A stretch of 37,516 bases of DNA from a virus (IMGVR_UViG_3300038393_000348:1-37516); one strand, 5' to 3'. Positions 8,449-15,550 are shown, numbered from the stretch's first letter. Numbers and translations: made by a program. The notes: generated by a model not told the origin, from the letters alone.

Positions 8449-8583
8449 ATGGCGACGATGCCGAGGTCCCTGCGCATCCCCGAGCCGGTGTGGAAGGCGG
8501 CGGTGGAGAAGGCTGCACAAGAAGGAACGACGGTCACGGCGGTGGTCGTGAAAGCGTTGGAGCGGTACCTGCGGAGGCGGTGA
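8449..8583 (+). CDS. Ribbon-helix-helix DNA-binding protein (44 aa, not in ORF track)
   Basis: MATMPRSLRIPEPVWKAAVEKAAQEGTTVTAVVVKALERYLRRR: beta-strand RSLRI followed by two helices. Confidence 0.85.
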   Translation: MATMPRSLRIPEPVWKAAVEKAAQEGTTVTAVVVKALERYLRRR

Positions 8584-8605
8584 GTCGTTCGGCATGAGGC
8601 GGTGG

Positions 8606-9274
8606 TCATGAGGCCACCGCCTCAGCCGTAATGTGGGCCAGCAGTTGGCGGCCGATGTGCTCGGTGTAGGCGGGTGGGATGGCTTCAGCTATGGCCTTGC
8701 GGTCGTCGGTCCAGTCGATCCCCATCGCCTGCTGCCACTCGGGCACGGAGCCCTTGCCGCCGCCCTCGCCGTAGACCGCGACATAGGGGCCGTCGTAGTA
8801 GGTGCCGTGACGCCATCCGCGCACGCGGCCCCGGTGGGGCTTGTGCGCCGGCGGTGTGAAATGGAATCGGGAGAGCTCGAAGTAGCGGTGGCGCAGGACG
8901 CTCAGCCCGAACATCTCACCGCACAGGATCATGTCCCGGCGAAGATCCGAGCCCTGCACGTTCTCTATGACCGAGGGGAGCCGAGTGTGGAACAACATGG
9001 CCCGCGTGGCGGGAATCAGCTGCGTGTATTCGCGCCCCTTGTTGGTTCCCTTGGTCAACGCGGTTGACGCCTGGCACGGAGGGGAGGCGTGAACGGCGTC
9101 GAACATGTGACCATTGCGCTCTGCGTAGTCGAGAGCATCCGCCCTCCAGAATTCGAAGGGGTAGTCGGGCTGAGGATTGATGTCCACGCCAACCACCTCG
9201 AAACCGGCTCGGTGGTAACCCATTCCGGCGCCACCTGCACCGCAGAACAGGTCGAGCAGCAGCGGCCGGCTCAT
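8606..9274 (-). CDS. Short C5-cytosine DNA methyltransferase-like protein
   Basis: LDLFCGAGG (motif I), ASPPCQ (motif IV), IENV (motif VI). Confidence 0.88.
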   Translation of the reverse strand: MSRPLLLDLFCGAGGAGMGYHRAGFEVVGVDINPQPDYPFEFWRADALDYAERNGHMFDAVHASPPCQASTALTKGTNKGREYTQLIPATRAMLFHTRLPSVIENVQGSDLRRDMILCGEMFGLSVLRHRYFELSRFHFTPPAHKPHRGRVRGWRHGTYYDGPYVAVYGEGGGKGSVPEWQQAMGIDWTDDRKAIAEAIPPAYTEHIGRQLLAHITAEAVAS

Positions 9275-9402
9275 CCCGCACCCCCAGCGCGCCGCCAGTC
9301 CCGCGTTGGAGGGGCCACGGGGCCAGCGGCGGCGTCTGTGTGGGCGAGGATGGCCGCCACGCAGGGAATGGCGACGATGAGGACGACGATGAGCAGGGCC
9401 AT
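9271..9402 (-). CDS. Small membrane peptide (43 aa)
   Basis: MALLIVVLIVAIPCVAAILAH; stop overlaps the methyltransferase ATG. Confidence 0.6.
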   Translation of the reverse strand: MALLIVVLIVAIPCVAAILAHTDAAAGPVAPPTRDWRRAGGAG

Positions 9403-9403
9403 G

Positions 9404-9766
9404 TCACACATCCCCGTTCTCGTGGCGGGCGTAGTCCATGGCATGGCCGTGGCAGACGGGCTTGCCGTCGATCACCTGCACGGCGTCGTTCCCGCAGTGG
9501 CAGGACTCGCGCGGCCAGATGGGCAGGACGTCGGCGTCGGCGCGGATCAAGGCGTCCACCATCGACTCATCCAGCGTGTTGCCCTCGAACGTCACGAGCC
9601 CGTTGGGGGACAGCGCGACCCGGCGGCGCAGGGCGGCGAGTTCGGGTGACGTTATGCCGGTCTCCTGCTGGACCTCGAAGCACAGGAGTTCGCCGTCGCT
9701 GGTGCGGCCCAGGATCTCGAGGGGGCGGATCACGTTGTCGGTCATGGGGATGGCGTTGACCTTCAT
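9404..9766 (-). CDS. Hypothetical protein with C-terminal CHC...CHGH
   Basis: ATGA-coupled; RBS GGGAGG. Confidence 0.7.
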   Translation of the reverse strand: MKVNAIPMTDNVIRPLEILGRTSDGELLCFEVQQETGITSPELAALRRRVALSPNGLVTFEGNTLDESMVDALIRADADVLPIWPRESCHCGNDAVQVIDGKPVCHGHAMDYARHENGDV

Positions 9767-10308
9767 CGATCGCCTCCCGTGAAGTAGGGCTGCAACTGGA
9801 CGTCGTCGGAGACGCGGTGCTTGCCACGAGCCAGGGGGTGGATTGGTGCGCCCGTCTTTGTGCGACCGAGGCACATGATCTGCCGCTGCTCTTCGCGGGC
9901 GATCTGACGAACCTGCTCGACACGTCGCGGGCGGGCGTGGTTGCCCCATGCGGCCACGACGACGCCAGCGTCTCGGATGGCCCTGCGCAGGAAGTCCTCA
10001 GCGCGCCTGCCACCGATTCCGTCAGGCCGGTCGGCGATCCCGGTCGGGTCGGTCGAGATCAGCGCGTAGAGGTTGACCACGAGCAGCGACCCGTACTGCC
10101 ACGTCTGGGCGAACCGGATGCAGCGCCGGATGGTGGGGTCGTCCTTGTCGGCGTCTGCGATGGAGGGGTTGAGCATGACGAACACCGCCGGGTCGTGGTG
10201 GTCGCCCCAGATGCGGCGCAGTTCGTAGCGGTAACGGCCGTCGTCGGAGAGTGTGGCGGTCCGCAGCATGTCTGTCGGGTCTACGTCGATGGGAAGCTCG
10301 GCGCTCAT
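9763..10308 (-). CDS. DUF1643 family protein
   Basis: YRYEL.R.W...FVMLNPS.AD...DDPTIRRC..FA...VVNLYA...AAWG...P.HPL. Confidence 0.9.
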   Translation of the reverse strand: MSAELPIDVDPTDMLRTATLSDDGRYRYELRRIWGDHHDPAVFVMLNPSIADADKDDPTIRRCIRFAQTWQYGSLLVVNLYALISTDPTGIADRPDGIGGRRAEDFLRRAIRDAGVVVAAWGNHARPRRVEQVRQIAREEQRQIMCLGRTKTGAPIHPLARGKHRVSDDVQLQPYFTGGDR

Positions 10309-10309
10309 G

Positions 10310-11080
10310 TCAGTGCCTCCGCTCGTTGTCGTGGCTGCGCAGCACCCACGCGACCCAGGTGACGATCCCGCCAACGAACAGGACGAACAGGGCCACGTAG
10401 GCGGCGTCCGAGAGTTCGGCCCCGGTGTGGGCGAGTTCAGGCGTTGCCGATGCGGCGGCCGAAGATCTCGCGCTCAAACGGCGTGAGGCGTTCGTAGTCG
10501 CCGAGGATGAGGCGGATGCGGTGGAACGAGAGCCATGTCGGGTCGTCGGCGCGCTCGCGGATGGCGCGGAAGTCGCTGAGGTCTGCGTCGTCGTTGGCTT
10601 CGAGGGCGTCGCGGAGGTCGAGGAGCTGCTCGACGGTGACGGGCTGGTCGTCGTCGGGTCCGCACTCGTCGGCGAAGTCGTGGCCGTCGTCGTTGTGGTG
10701 GTCGCGGACGTGGTCTGCGATGGCTCGCTGGACGGCGGGGTCGTTGTAGGCGCCGTGGTGGTGGTCGTAGTGGTCCATGTCGAGGTCTCCGTCTCAGAGG
10801 GCGTCGTCGTGGACGGCGCGGAAGTCGTTGAGGTGGAAGGAAGGTCGGTCGGCGCGGGGGAACAGTGGTCCTCCGAGACGCCGCCGTGGTTGCCGTGCTC
10901 GTCGCAGTCCTGCCCGTGCGTGGGCTGCGGGTCGGGGCGGCAGGGCTGGCCTGAGTTGCCGTGGGTGCAGCCGTCGGTCTCCTCGTGGTGGTCGGCGAAC
11001 GCGGGCAGGGCGCACACCAGGGCCAGGGACGAGCCGACAGCGAGAGCAGCGACGGTGCGGGAGACGGTGAGGGTTCTCAC
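10310..11080 (-). CDS. Secreted, sortase-anchored (LAHTG) Ser/Thr-rich surface protein
   Basis: Signal peptide ending PAFA; His/Cys-rich head; S/T/P stalk; LAHTG, TM helix and charged tail (RSHDNERRH). Confidence 0.85.
   Translation of the reverse strand: MRTLTVSRTVAALAVGSSLALVCALPAFADHHEETDGCTHGNSGQPCRPDPQPTHGQDCDEHGNHGGVSEDHCSPAPTDLPSTSTTSAPSTTTPSETETSTWTTTTTTTAPTTTPPSSEPSQTTSATTTTTTATTSPTSADPTTTSPSPSSSSSTSATPSKPTTTQTSATSAPSASAPTTRHGSRSTASASSSATTNASRRLSARSSAAASATPELAHTGAELSDAAYVALFVLFVGGIVTWVAWVLRSHDNERRH
10437..10778 (-). CDS. Putative nested out-of-frame gene (113 aa) inside the surface-protein stalk
   Basis: GGAG-8nt-ATG; amphipathic helical C-half; stop 1 nt before the LAHTG codons. 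Confidence 0.65.
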   Translation of the reverse strand: MDHYDHHHGAYNDPAVQRAIADHVRDHHNDDGHDFADECGPDDDQPVTVEQLLDLRDALEANDDADLSDFRAIRERADDPTWLSFHRIRLILGDYERLTPFEREIFGRRIGNA

Positions 11081-11244
11081 TTGGCCCACGCCCTGTGCTT
11101 GCCCCGGTACTCGGGCACGAGGGAGTTACGACGCAGCGAGTCGCGGAAGGCTGATCGGATGACCGCGTGGACGTCGTCGGCTCGGCGCCTGCCCTCGTAG
11201 ACGGCGGGCGGCGGCTCCGTGGTGGTGCTGGTGGACCCCTTCAT
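11077..11244 (-). CDS. Small hypothetical protein (55 aa)
   Basis: RBS GGAG; MKGSTSTTTEPPPAVYEGRRRA...; GTGA overlap with the surface-protein start. Confidence 0.6.
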   Translation of the reverse strand: MKGSTSTTTEPPPAVYEGRRRADDVHAVIRSAFRDSLRRNSLVPEYRGKHRAWAK

Positions 11245-11264
11245 GGGATACTCCGATCTGGTAG

Positions 11265-11306
11265 GCGCCGCCCCGCGTTGCAGCGCATTGGGGCGGCGCT
11301 TTCTTG
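11265..11306 (+). terminator. Intergenic stem-loop, with U-tract on the + strand
   Basis: GCGCCGCCCC-gcgttgcagcgcatt-GGGGCGGCGC followed by TTTCTTG. Confidence 0.6.
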
Positions 11307-11311
11307 TGTGG

Positions 11312-11413
11312 TCAGCGGCCGTCGAGCAGGTCGAACCGGCTCAGGGCGTCGTAGGGGTCGTCCGTGATGACGGCCGTGGCGAGGCGGTGCCAGAAGCGGC
11401 GGAGGGCGGTCAT
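11312..11413 (-). CDS. Small hypothetical peptide (33 aa)
   Basis: MTALRRFWHRLATAVITDDPYDALSRFDLLDGR; ATGA-coupled. Confidence 0.55.
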   Translation of the reverse strand: MTALRRFWHRLATAVITDDPYDALSRFDLLDGR

Positions 11414-12306
11414 CGCGACCACTGCATCGGCGCAGGGATCTGGAAGCGCGTCCCCGCCTTCGGCGCCATCGTGAGCGTGCGAACGTCCGTGCCGGCGGCG
11501 TAGTAGTTCCAGCCCTTGATGAACAGATAGACGAAGTTCCGAGCGGGGTACACGGCCCGACTGCGCTGAACCTCACGAAGTCGCGTGCGAATGGCGTGGA
11601 CGGCGGAGCCCTCGGGCTCGTTGATGGGCTGACCGATGCGGTCGAAGAACCGGTCCGCGTCCGCTTGGCCCGACACCTGCGAAATGAGGTAGTGCGAGAC
11701 GGCGACCGAAGTGGGCGGCGCGTCGACGGACTTCCGCAGGACGGACGCCTTGCCTACCGAGTGGCGAACGTCGGCTTCGTAGATGTCCTGGTAGTCGTCG
11801 TGGCTGCTGAGCCATGCCACGATCTCACCGTGAGACACGCCCTGCTGCTTGGTGTCCTGGTAGACGCGGCGCGACTCGATCAGGACGAGCACCTTGACCG
11901 TCGATGCCAGCAACTGTGCGTTCTTCTCGTTGGCGAACCCGAGCACGTCACCTGCGGTGCGGGCAGCTCCGGTGTCCATGTTCGACATCGCGGCCCGAGG
12001 GACGTTCCGCTTGATCCCCATGAGGACCGTTGCGCCTGAGGCGATGACCGCGTTCAGTCGGTGCTGCCCATTGAGCAGGTGGCCGTCCACGTCGAAGCAG
12101 ATGTCGTCGTTGCTGAGGGTCCATCGACCGGCTGCCATGTCGCGCGCGTACTGGTTGACCTTGGTCTGGCGGACGTTTCGGTTGATGGAGTTGGTCTTGA
12201 GCCACCGCTCGGCGATCTCGGGCGTGACGTGCACGTAGGAGTGGGTCGGCTTGTGCACCATCGCCGCGACGTTCAACGGCGTTGGTGCTGCGCTGTTTCG
12301 GGACAT
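11410..12306 (-). CDS. ParB/Srx-fold (DGQHR-like) protein
   Basis: VTPEIA..WL..N..NR......V..YARDM..G.W...I.FD..G.LLNGQHRL.AV. Confidence 0.82.
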   Translation of the reverse strand: MSRNSAAPTPLNVAAMVHKPTHSYVHVTPEIAERWLKTNSINRNVRQTKVNQYARDMAAGRWTLSNDDICFDVDGHLLNGQHRLNAVIASGATVLMGIKRNVPRAAMSNMDTGAARTAGDVLGFANEKNAQLLASTVKVLVLIESRRVYQDTKQQGVSHGEIVAWLSSHDDYQDIYEADVRHSVGKASVLRKSVDAPPTSVAVSHYLISQVSGQADADRFFDRIGQPINEPEGSAVHAIRTRLREVQRSRAVYPARNFVYLFIKGWNYYAAGTDVRTLTMAPKAGTRFQIPAPMQWSR

Positions 12307-12330
12307 GTGTGCGGTACCCTTTGTTCAGAC

Positions 12331-13134
12331 TCAGGCGAGTCGGTCGGCGACCTGTTGGAGCAGGTCGATGGATCGGAGAAGGTCGGCGCGGTGTTTCGCG
12401 GCGACCTTCTCCGCGTTCTGGGTGAAGCGGTCATCGGCGGCAAGTCGGTCGACTCGCTCGGCGACCTTGATGAGGTCGTAGACGGCATCGAAGAACTGGT
12501 CTGTCAGCGCGCGGCGCGGCGGGGCCTTGGTCCGTGCGGGCTCGGGCCGGGTGTAGGTCTTGCCGTCGAGCCCGACGACCGAGGGGCGCGGAGCCGCAGC
12601 CGTGGGGGCCGGCTGGTCAGCCAGCTCGACGCGCTCGCCCTCGGTCGTCGCTTCCGCGTCAGGCGTTGCCGGACCCGTCGCGGAAGTCACATCCCCGCCG
12701 GTTGTGTCGTCGGAGGGGTCGTCCAGAATCTCGCCCGTGTGCCGGTCCACGATGAGGTCGGCCTCGTCGGTCACGTAGTCCGGCTCAGGTGTTGCATCCG
12801 CAACATGTGCGAGGTCGCGATGCACCGTTGCGTTGTTCACGCCAACCACCGGAGCGATAGCCCGCGTGGACATGCCAGCCGCCGTCAGTTCTTTGACGAC
12901 CTCTCGCCGGACCTCCACCCCGAGCCGCGAGAGCGACCCTCCGAACCGGTCTGAGACGTACTCACCGGGGGATCGGTATCCGAGCGCGGAGTAGGCGTTC
13001 CGCTCGATGGCCTCGCGGATCAGCGGCATCACGGCCACGTAGTTGTCGGCGATGCTGTCCAGTCGCAGCGCGATGCGCTGGGTCAGCCGCTCGGCCTCGT
13101 GCTGGGACAGGGGAGCGGCGGCAACGACGGTCAT
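12331..13134 (-). CDS. HTH DNA-binding protein
   Basis: LGYRSPGEY...F and GMSTRAIAPVVGVNNATVHRDL helix-turn-helix. Confidence 0.82.
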   Translation of the reverse strand: MTVVAAAPLSQHEAERLTQRIALRLDSIADNYVAVMPLIREAIERNAYSALGYRSPGEYVSDRFGGSLSRLGVEVRREVVKELTAAGMSTRAIAPVVGVNNATVHRDLAHVADATPEPDYVTDEADLIVDRHTGEILDDPSDDTTGGDVTSATGPATPDAEATTEGERVELADQPAPTAAAPRPSVVGLDGKTYTRPEPARTKAPPRRALTDQFFDAVYDLIKVAERVDRLAADDRFTQNAEKVAAKHRADLLRSIDLLQQVADRLA

Positions 13135-13331
13135 GCCGCGCTCCCAGACCGGCGCATGAAGGCGTCGAGCGCTTTGCGGGCGATGCGCGCCCGGCTGAAT
13201 CCCTTGCGGCCGATGTTCACCGTCGGGAGGGCGCCGTCCTCGATGTAGCGGTAGATGGTCCGGCGCGAGACTCGCAGCTCTTCGGCTGCCTCGTTGATCG
13301 TGAGGAGGGCCGTGCCCTGCGTGCTAGCCAT
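13131..13331 (-). CDS. xis: Excisionase / Cro-like HTH_17 protein
   Basis: LLTINEAAEELRVSRRTIYRYIEDGALP; probably leaderless (TACTGT 7 nt before the ATG at 13331); start could be further upstream. Confidence 0.85.
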   Translation of the reverse strand: MASTQGTALLTINEAAEELRVSRRTIYRYIEDGALPTVNIGRKGFSRARIARKALDAFMRRSGSAA

Positions 13332-13468
13332 GACCGTGACAGTACGCGCCATGTCCGACAATGGCGTGCCGTGGCACGGTTCCGTGACCTAACCGTTATG
13401 TCTATCGGCCGAATATGGGTGTTCTCACCTATGGCACAACGGCACGCCATGGCACACCATGGCGAGTT
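13332..13468. promoter_or_regulatory. Lysis/lysogeny switch region with repeated GGCAC-type sites
   Basis: Divergent xis/repressor; 12-bp inverted repeat ATGGCGTGCCGT (13361-13372) / ACGGCACGCCAT (13439-13450); roughly 10-bp periodic GGCACNCCAT. Confidence 0.7.
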
Positions 13469-13819
13469 ATGGAGCACAACTCAGACCACAGGCCAGAGGT
13501 CGACCGCGCGCTCATCGCGGACTTTGTCGACTGGTACCTGCCGCGCACCGACCTGCGCGGCAACAAGCACGCGCTCGCCCGCAGGAGCAACTACTCGGCC
13601 CGCACCATCCAGCGCGTCGCCAAGAGCGACCCGTCCGTGCAGGCGGCCGTCCTCATCGCGATCAGCCGCGCGCTCGGTCTACCGCCCGACACGCTCATCA
13701 TGATCGGCCGTCACGACGGTCAGGGGCTCGTAGAGGAGGGGGCTCCCGCCGACGTGCGCCGCTGGCTGGAGGGCCAAGTAAAGAGTGGGTCAAGCGGGGG
13801 TCGCGCTGTCGGACAGTGA
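13469..13819 (+). CDS. Immunity repressor, XRE-type HTH
   Basis: KHALARRSNYSARTIQRVAK...LIAISRALGLPP; divergent from xis and upstream of int; start uncertain. Confidence 0.75.
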   Translation: MEHNSDHRPEVDRALIADFVDWYLPRTDLRGNKHALARRSNYSARTIQRVAKSDPSVQAAVLIAISRALGLPPDTLIMIGRHDGQGLVEEGAPADVRRWLEGQVKSGSSGGRAVGQ

Positions 13820-13834
13820 GGCTAACGTCACGTC

Positions 13835-14179
13835 ATGACGACGCAGGGTTATCTCACTATCGGTACGGGCATCTTCTGGGGTGCCGGAATCTCAGTCACG
13901 GCAACACACTTCGACCACCGGAACCCATGGTTCTACGTCGGCCTCACGGTGTGCATCATGGGTGTGACGGCGCTCAATACCGGCTTCATACTGTGCCGGT
14001 CGCGTAGCCTTAGGGATGAGTTCGACGCCGGCTATCGCACCGGCTACCGGGAGGGCCGCCGACGTGCGCCGCTCGTCGCGGTGAACAGGAGGAACGATGG
14101 CGGGTTACCGCAAGCTTCCGTCAGGTCTCTGGCAAGCCAGCGTCAGGCTTCCCGACGGGCGCCGACGTACACGCACTGA
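13835..14179 (+). CDS. Small two-TM membrane protein in the lysogeny operon
   Basis: Two hydrophobic segments, then GYRTGYREGRR; overlaps int by 83 nt. Confidence 0.7.
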   Translation: MTTQGYLTIGTGIFWGAGISVTATHFDHRNPWFYVGLTVCIMGVTALNTGFILCRSRSLRDEFDAGYRTGYREGRRRAPLVAVNRRNDGGLPQASVRSLASQRQASRRAPTYTH

Positions 14180-15137
14180 CCCCCTCAAGGGCGTCGTCAA
14201 GGCATGGGCTGACGACGCAGAAGGCTCAATCCGGCGCGGGGAGTGGGCCGACCCGCAGGACGGGCGGATCACGGTCGGGGAGTGGTACCGCATCTGGCTG
14301 GCAACGCGTGTCCTCGAGAGGGCCACAGCCGACAAGTACGCCTCACACTGGCGCACCCACGTCGAGCCACGGTGGGGCGCGGTGCGGCTCATGGCGGTGA
14401 CGTCGTGGGATGTGGAGGCGTGGGTGGCCGACATGACTCGCGCCAAGGTGGGGCCGACCGCGCTCGCCCAGTCCGTCCAGCTGTTCCGCTACATGATGGC
14501 CGACGCCGTACGGCACAAGCGGATCATGGCCGACCCAACTGCCGGGGTGAAGGTGCCGAAGGCGCCCAAGCATGTGGACAGGTTCCTCTCCCTACCCGAG
14601 TACGAGGCGCTGGAGGCCGCGACGCCCACCGACCGGGACCGGTGCATCGTGCGGCTCATGGCGTATGCGGGCCTGCGCTGGGGTGAGGTCGCCGGGCTGC
14701 ACGCGCATCGGGTGGACCTGGCCGCGCGCAGACTCACCGTGGTGGAAGTGCTGCGCCGGGACGCGACGGTCAAGGACCGGCCCAAGTCCGCGGCCGGGCA
14801 GCGGTACGTTCCGCTGGAGCGCAGACTGGTGGACCTGCTGGGCGAGCTCGTCCCGGCATCAGGCATGGTGTTCCCCGGCCTGCACTACACGAACTGGCGG
14901 CGGCGCGTGTTCGCCCCCGCGGTGCTCGCGGCCGGGCTCGCTGCCCCGCTGCCGACGCCGCACGACCTGCGCCACACGTTCGGGTCATGGCTGGCGGGCA
15001 ACGGTGTGCCGCCCACGGACATCATGGCGCTGATGGGTCACTCGACGCTGCGCGCGACGGAGCGCTACCTGCACTCCGGAAATGACCGGTTCGAGCGTGC
15101 CCTGACGGCGCTCCCGGCACGGCAACTCACACAGTGA
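14097..15137 (+). CDS. int: Tyrosine integrase
   Basis: RBS AGGAGG; GLRWGE, HDLRH, LMGH, TERY catalytic residues. Confidence 0.96.
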   Translation: MAGYRKLPSGLWQASVRLPDGRRRTRTDPLKGVVKAWADDAEGSIRRGEWADPQDGRITVGEWYRIWLATRVLERATADKYASHWRTHVEPRWGAVRLMAVTSWDVEAWVADMTRAKVGPTALAQSVQLFRYMMADAVRHKRIMADPTAGVKVPKAPKHVDRFLSLPEYEALEAATPTDRDRCIVRLMAYAGLRWGEVAGLHAHRVDLAARRLTVVEVLRRDATVKDRPKSAAGQRYVPLERRLVDLLGELVPASGMVFPGLHYTNWRRRVFAPAVLAAGLAAPLPTPHDLRHTFGSWLAGNGVPPTDIMALMGHSTLRATERYLHSGNDRFERALTALPARQLTQ

Positions 15138-15140
15138 CCC

Positions 15141-15260
15141 GCCATGCGTCACGGTGGCCCGCAGTGCGTCGCCATGCGTCACTAGTGCGTCACGAGCCCT
15201 GTTCACCATGCGCCACAGTGCCCCGGCATGGCACACTTTTTCTGGACGTGGCACGCCACC
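15141..15260 (+). repeat. attP left-arm repeats (Int arm-type / Xis sites)
   Basis: GCCATGCGTCAC twice, AGTGCGTCGC, AGTGCGTCAC, CCATGCGCCAC at roughly 10-bp period. Confidence 0.7.
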
Positions 15261-15278
15261 AACCCCCTGACCAGCAGT

Positions 15279-15331
15279 GCGCGCTTCCTTGACACGGAAG
15301 AGGTCACTGGTTCAAACCCAGTATCGCCCAC
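15279..15331 (+). other. attP core: 3' half of tRNA-Val(GAC)
   Basis: CTTCC-TTGACAC-GGAAG anticodon arm, ACTGG-TTCAAAC-CCAGT T-arm, ATCGCCCA acceptor strand; no 5' half present. Confidence 0.92.
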
Positions 15332-15340
15332 GCACAAAAC

Positions 15341-15369
15341 AAGCCCCCCGCCGAGTCGGCGGGGGGCTT
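15341..15369 (+). terminator. Perfect hairpin after the tRNA fragment
   Basis: AAGCCCCCCGCCGA-g-TCGGCGGGGGGCTT, 14-bp inverted repeat. Confidence 0.8.
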
Positions 15370-15370
15370 C

Positions 15371-15390
15371 GTGCGTCACTGATGCGTCGC
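15371..15390 (+). repeat. attP right-arm sites
   Basis: GTGCGTCACT-G-ATGCGTCGC, same motif as the left arm. Confidence 0.7.
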
Positions 15391-15406
15391 GGCTATGATT
15401 CGACTC

Positions 15407-15550
15407 ATGTCGCGCGCGCAGTGCTCCATCTGCCTTCACTCGGTTCTCACCCGTGGCGGCCTGGTTGTTCGCCATGCGGACCCGAGAGTGGGCCGCTCAG
15501 GAGACTGTCCAGGGTCGGAGCGCCCACCCGTACGCGTCCACCACGCATGA
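15407..15550 (+). CDS. Leaderless Zn-ribbon micro-protein (47 aa, not in ORF track)
   Basis: TATGAT (15394-15399) 7 nt before ATG; MSRAQCSICLHSVLTRGGLVVRH...CPGSERPP. Confidence 0.65.
   Translation: MSRAQCSICLHSVLTRGGLVVRHADPRVGRSGDCPGSERPPVRVHHA

Noticed and set aside
10794-11015. Second nested ORF upstream in the same alternative frame
   Set aside because: Arg/Pro-rich shadow composition and no SD
11410-12306. Dnd phosphorothioation or ParABS system
   Set aside because: No other dnd genes, ParA or parS-like array visible
15141-15260. CRISPR-like mini-array
   Set aside because: Repeats are about 10 bp, degenerate and without unique spacers; they flank att, and no cas genes are present
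15279-15331. Phage-encoded tRNA-Val gene
   Set aside because: Only the anticodon arm, T-arm and 3' acceptor strand are present; this is an attP core
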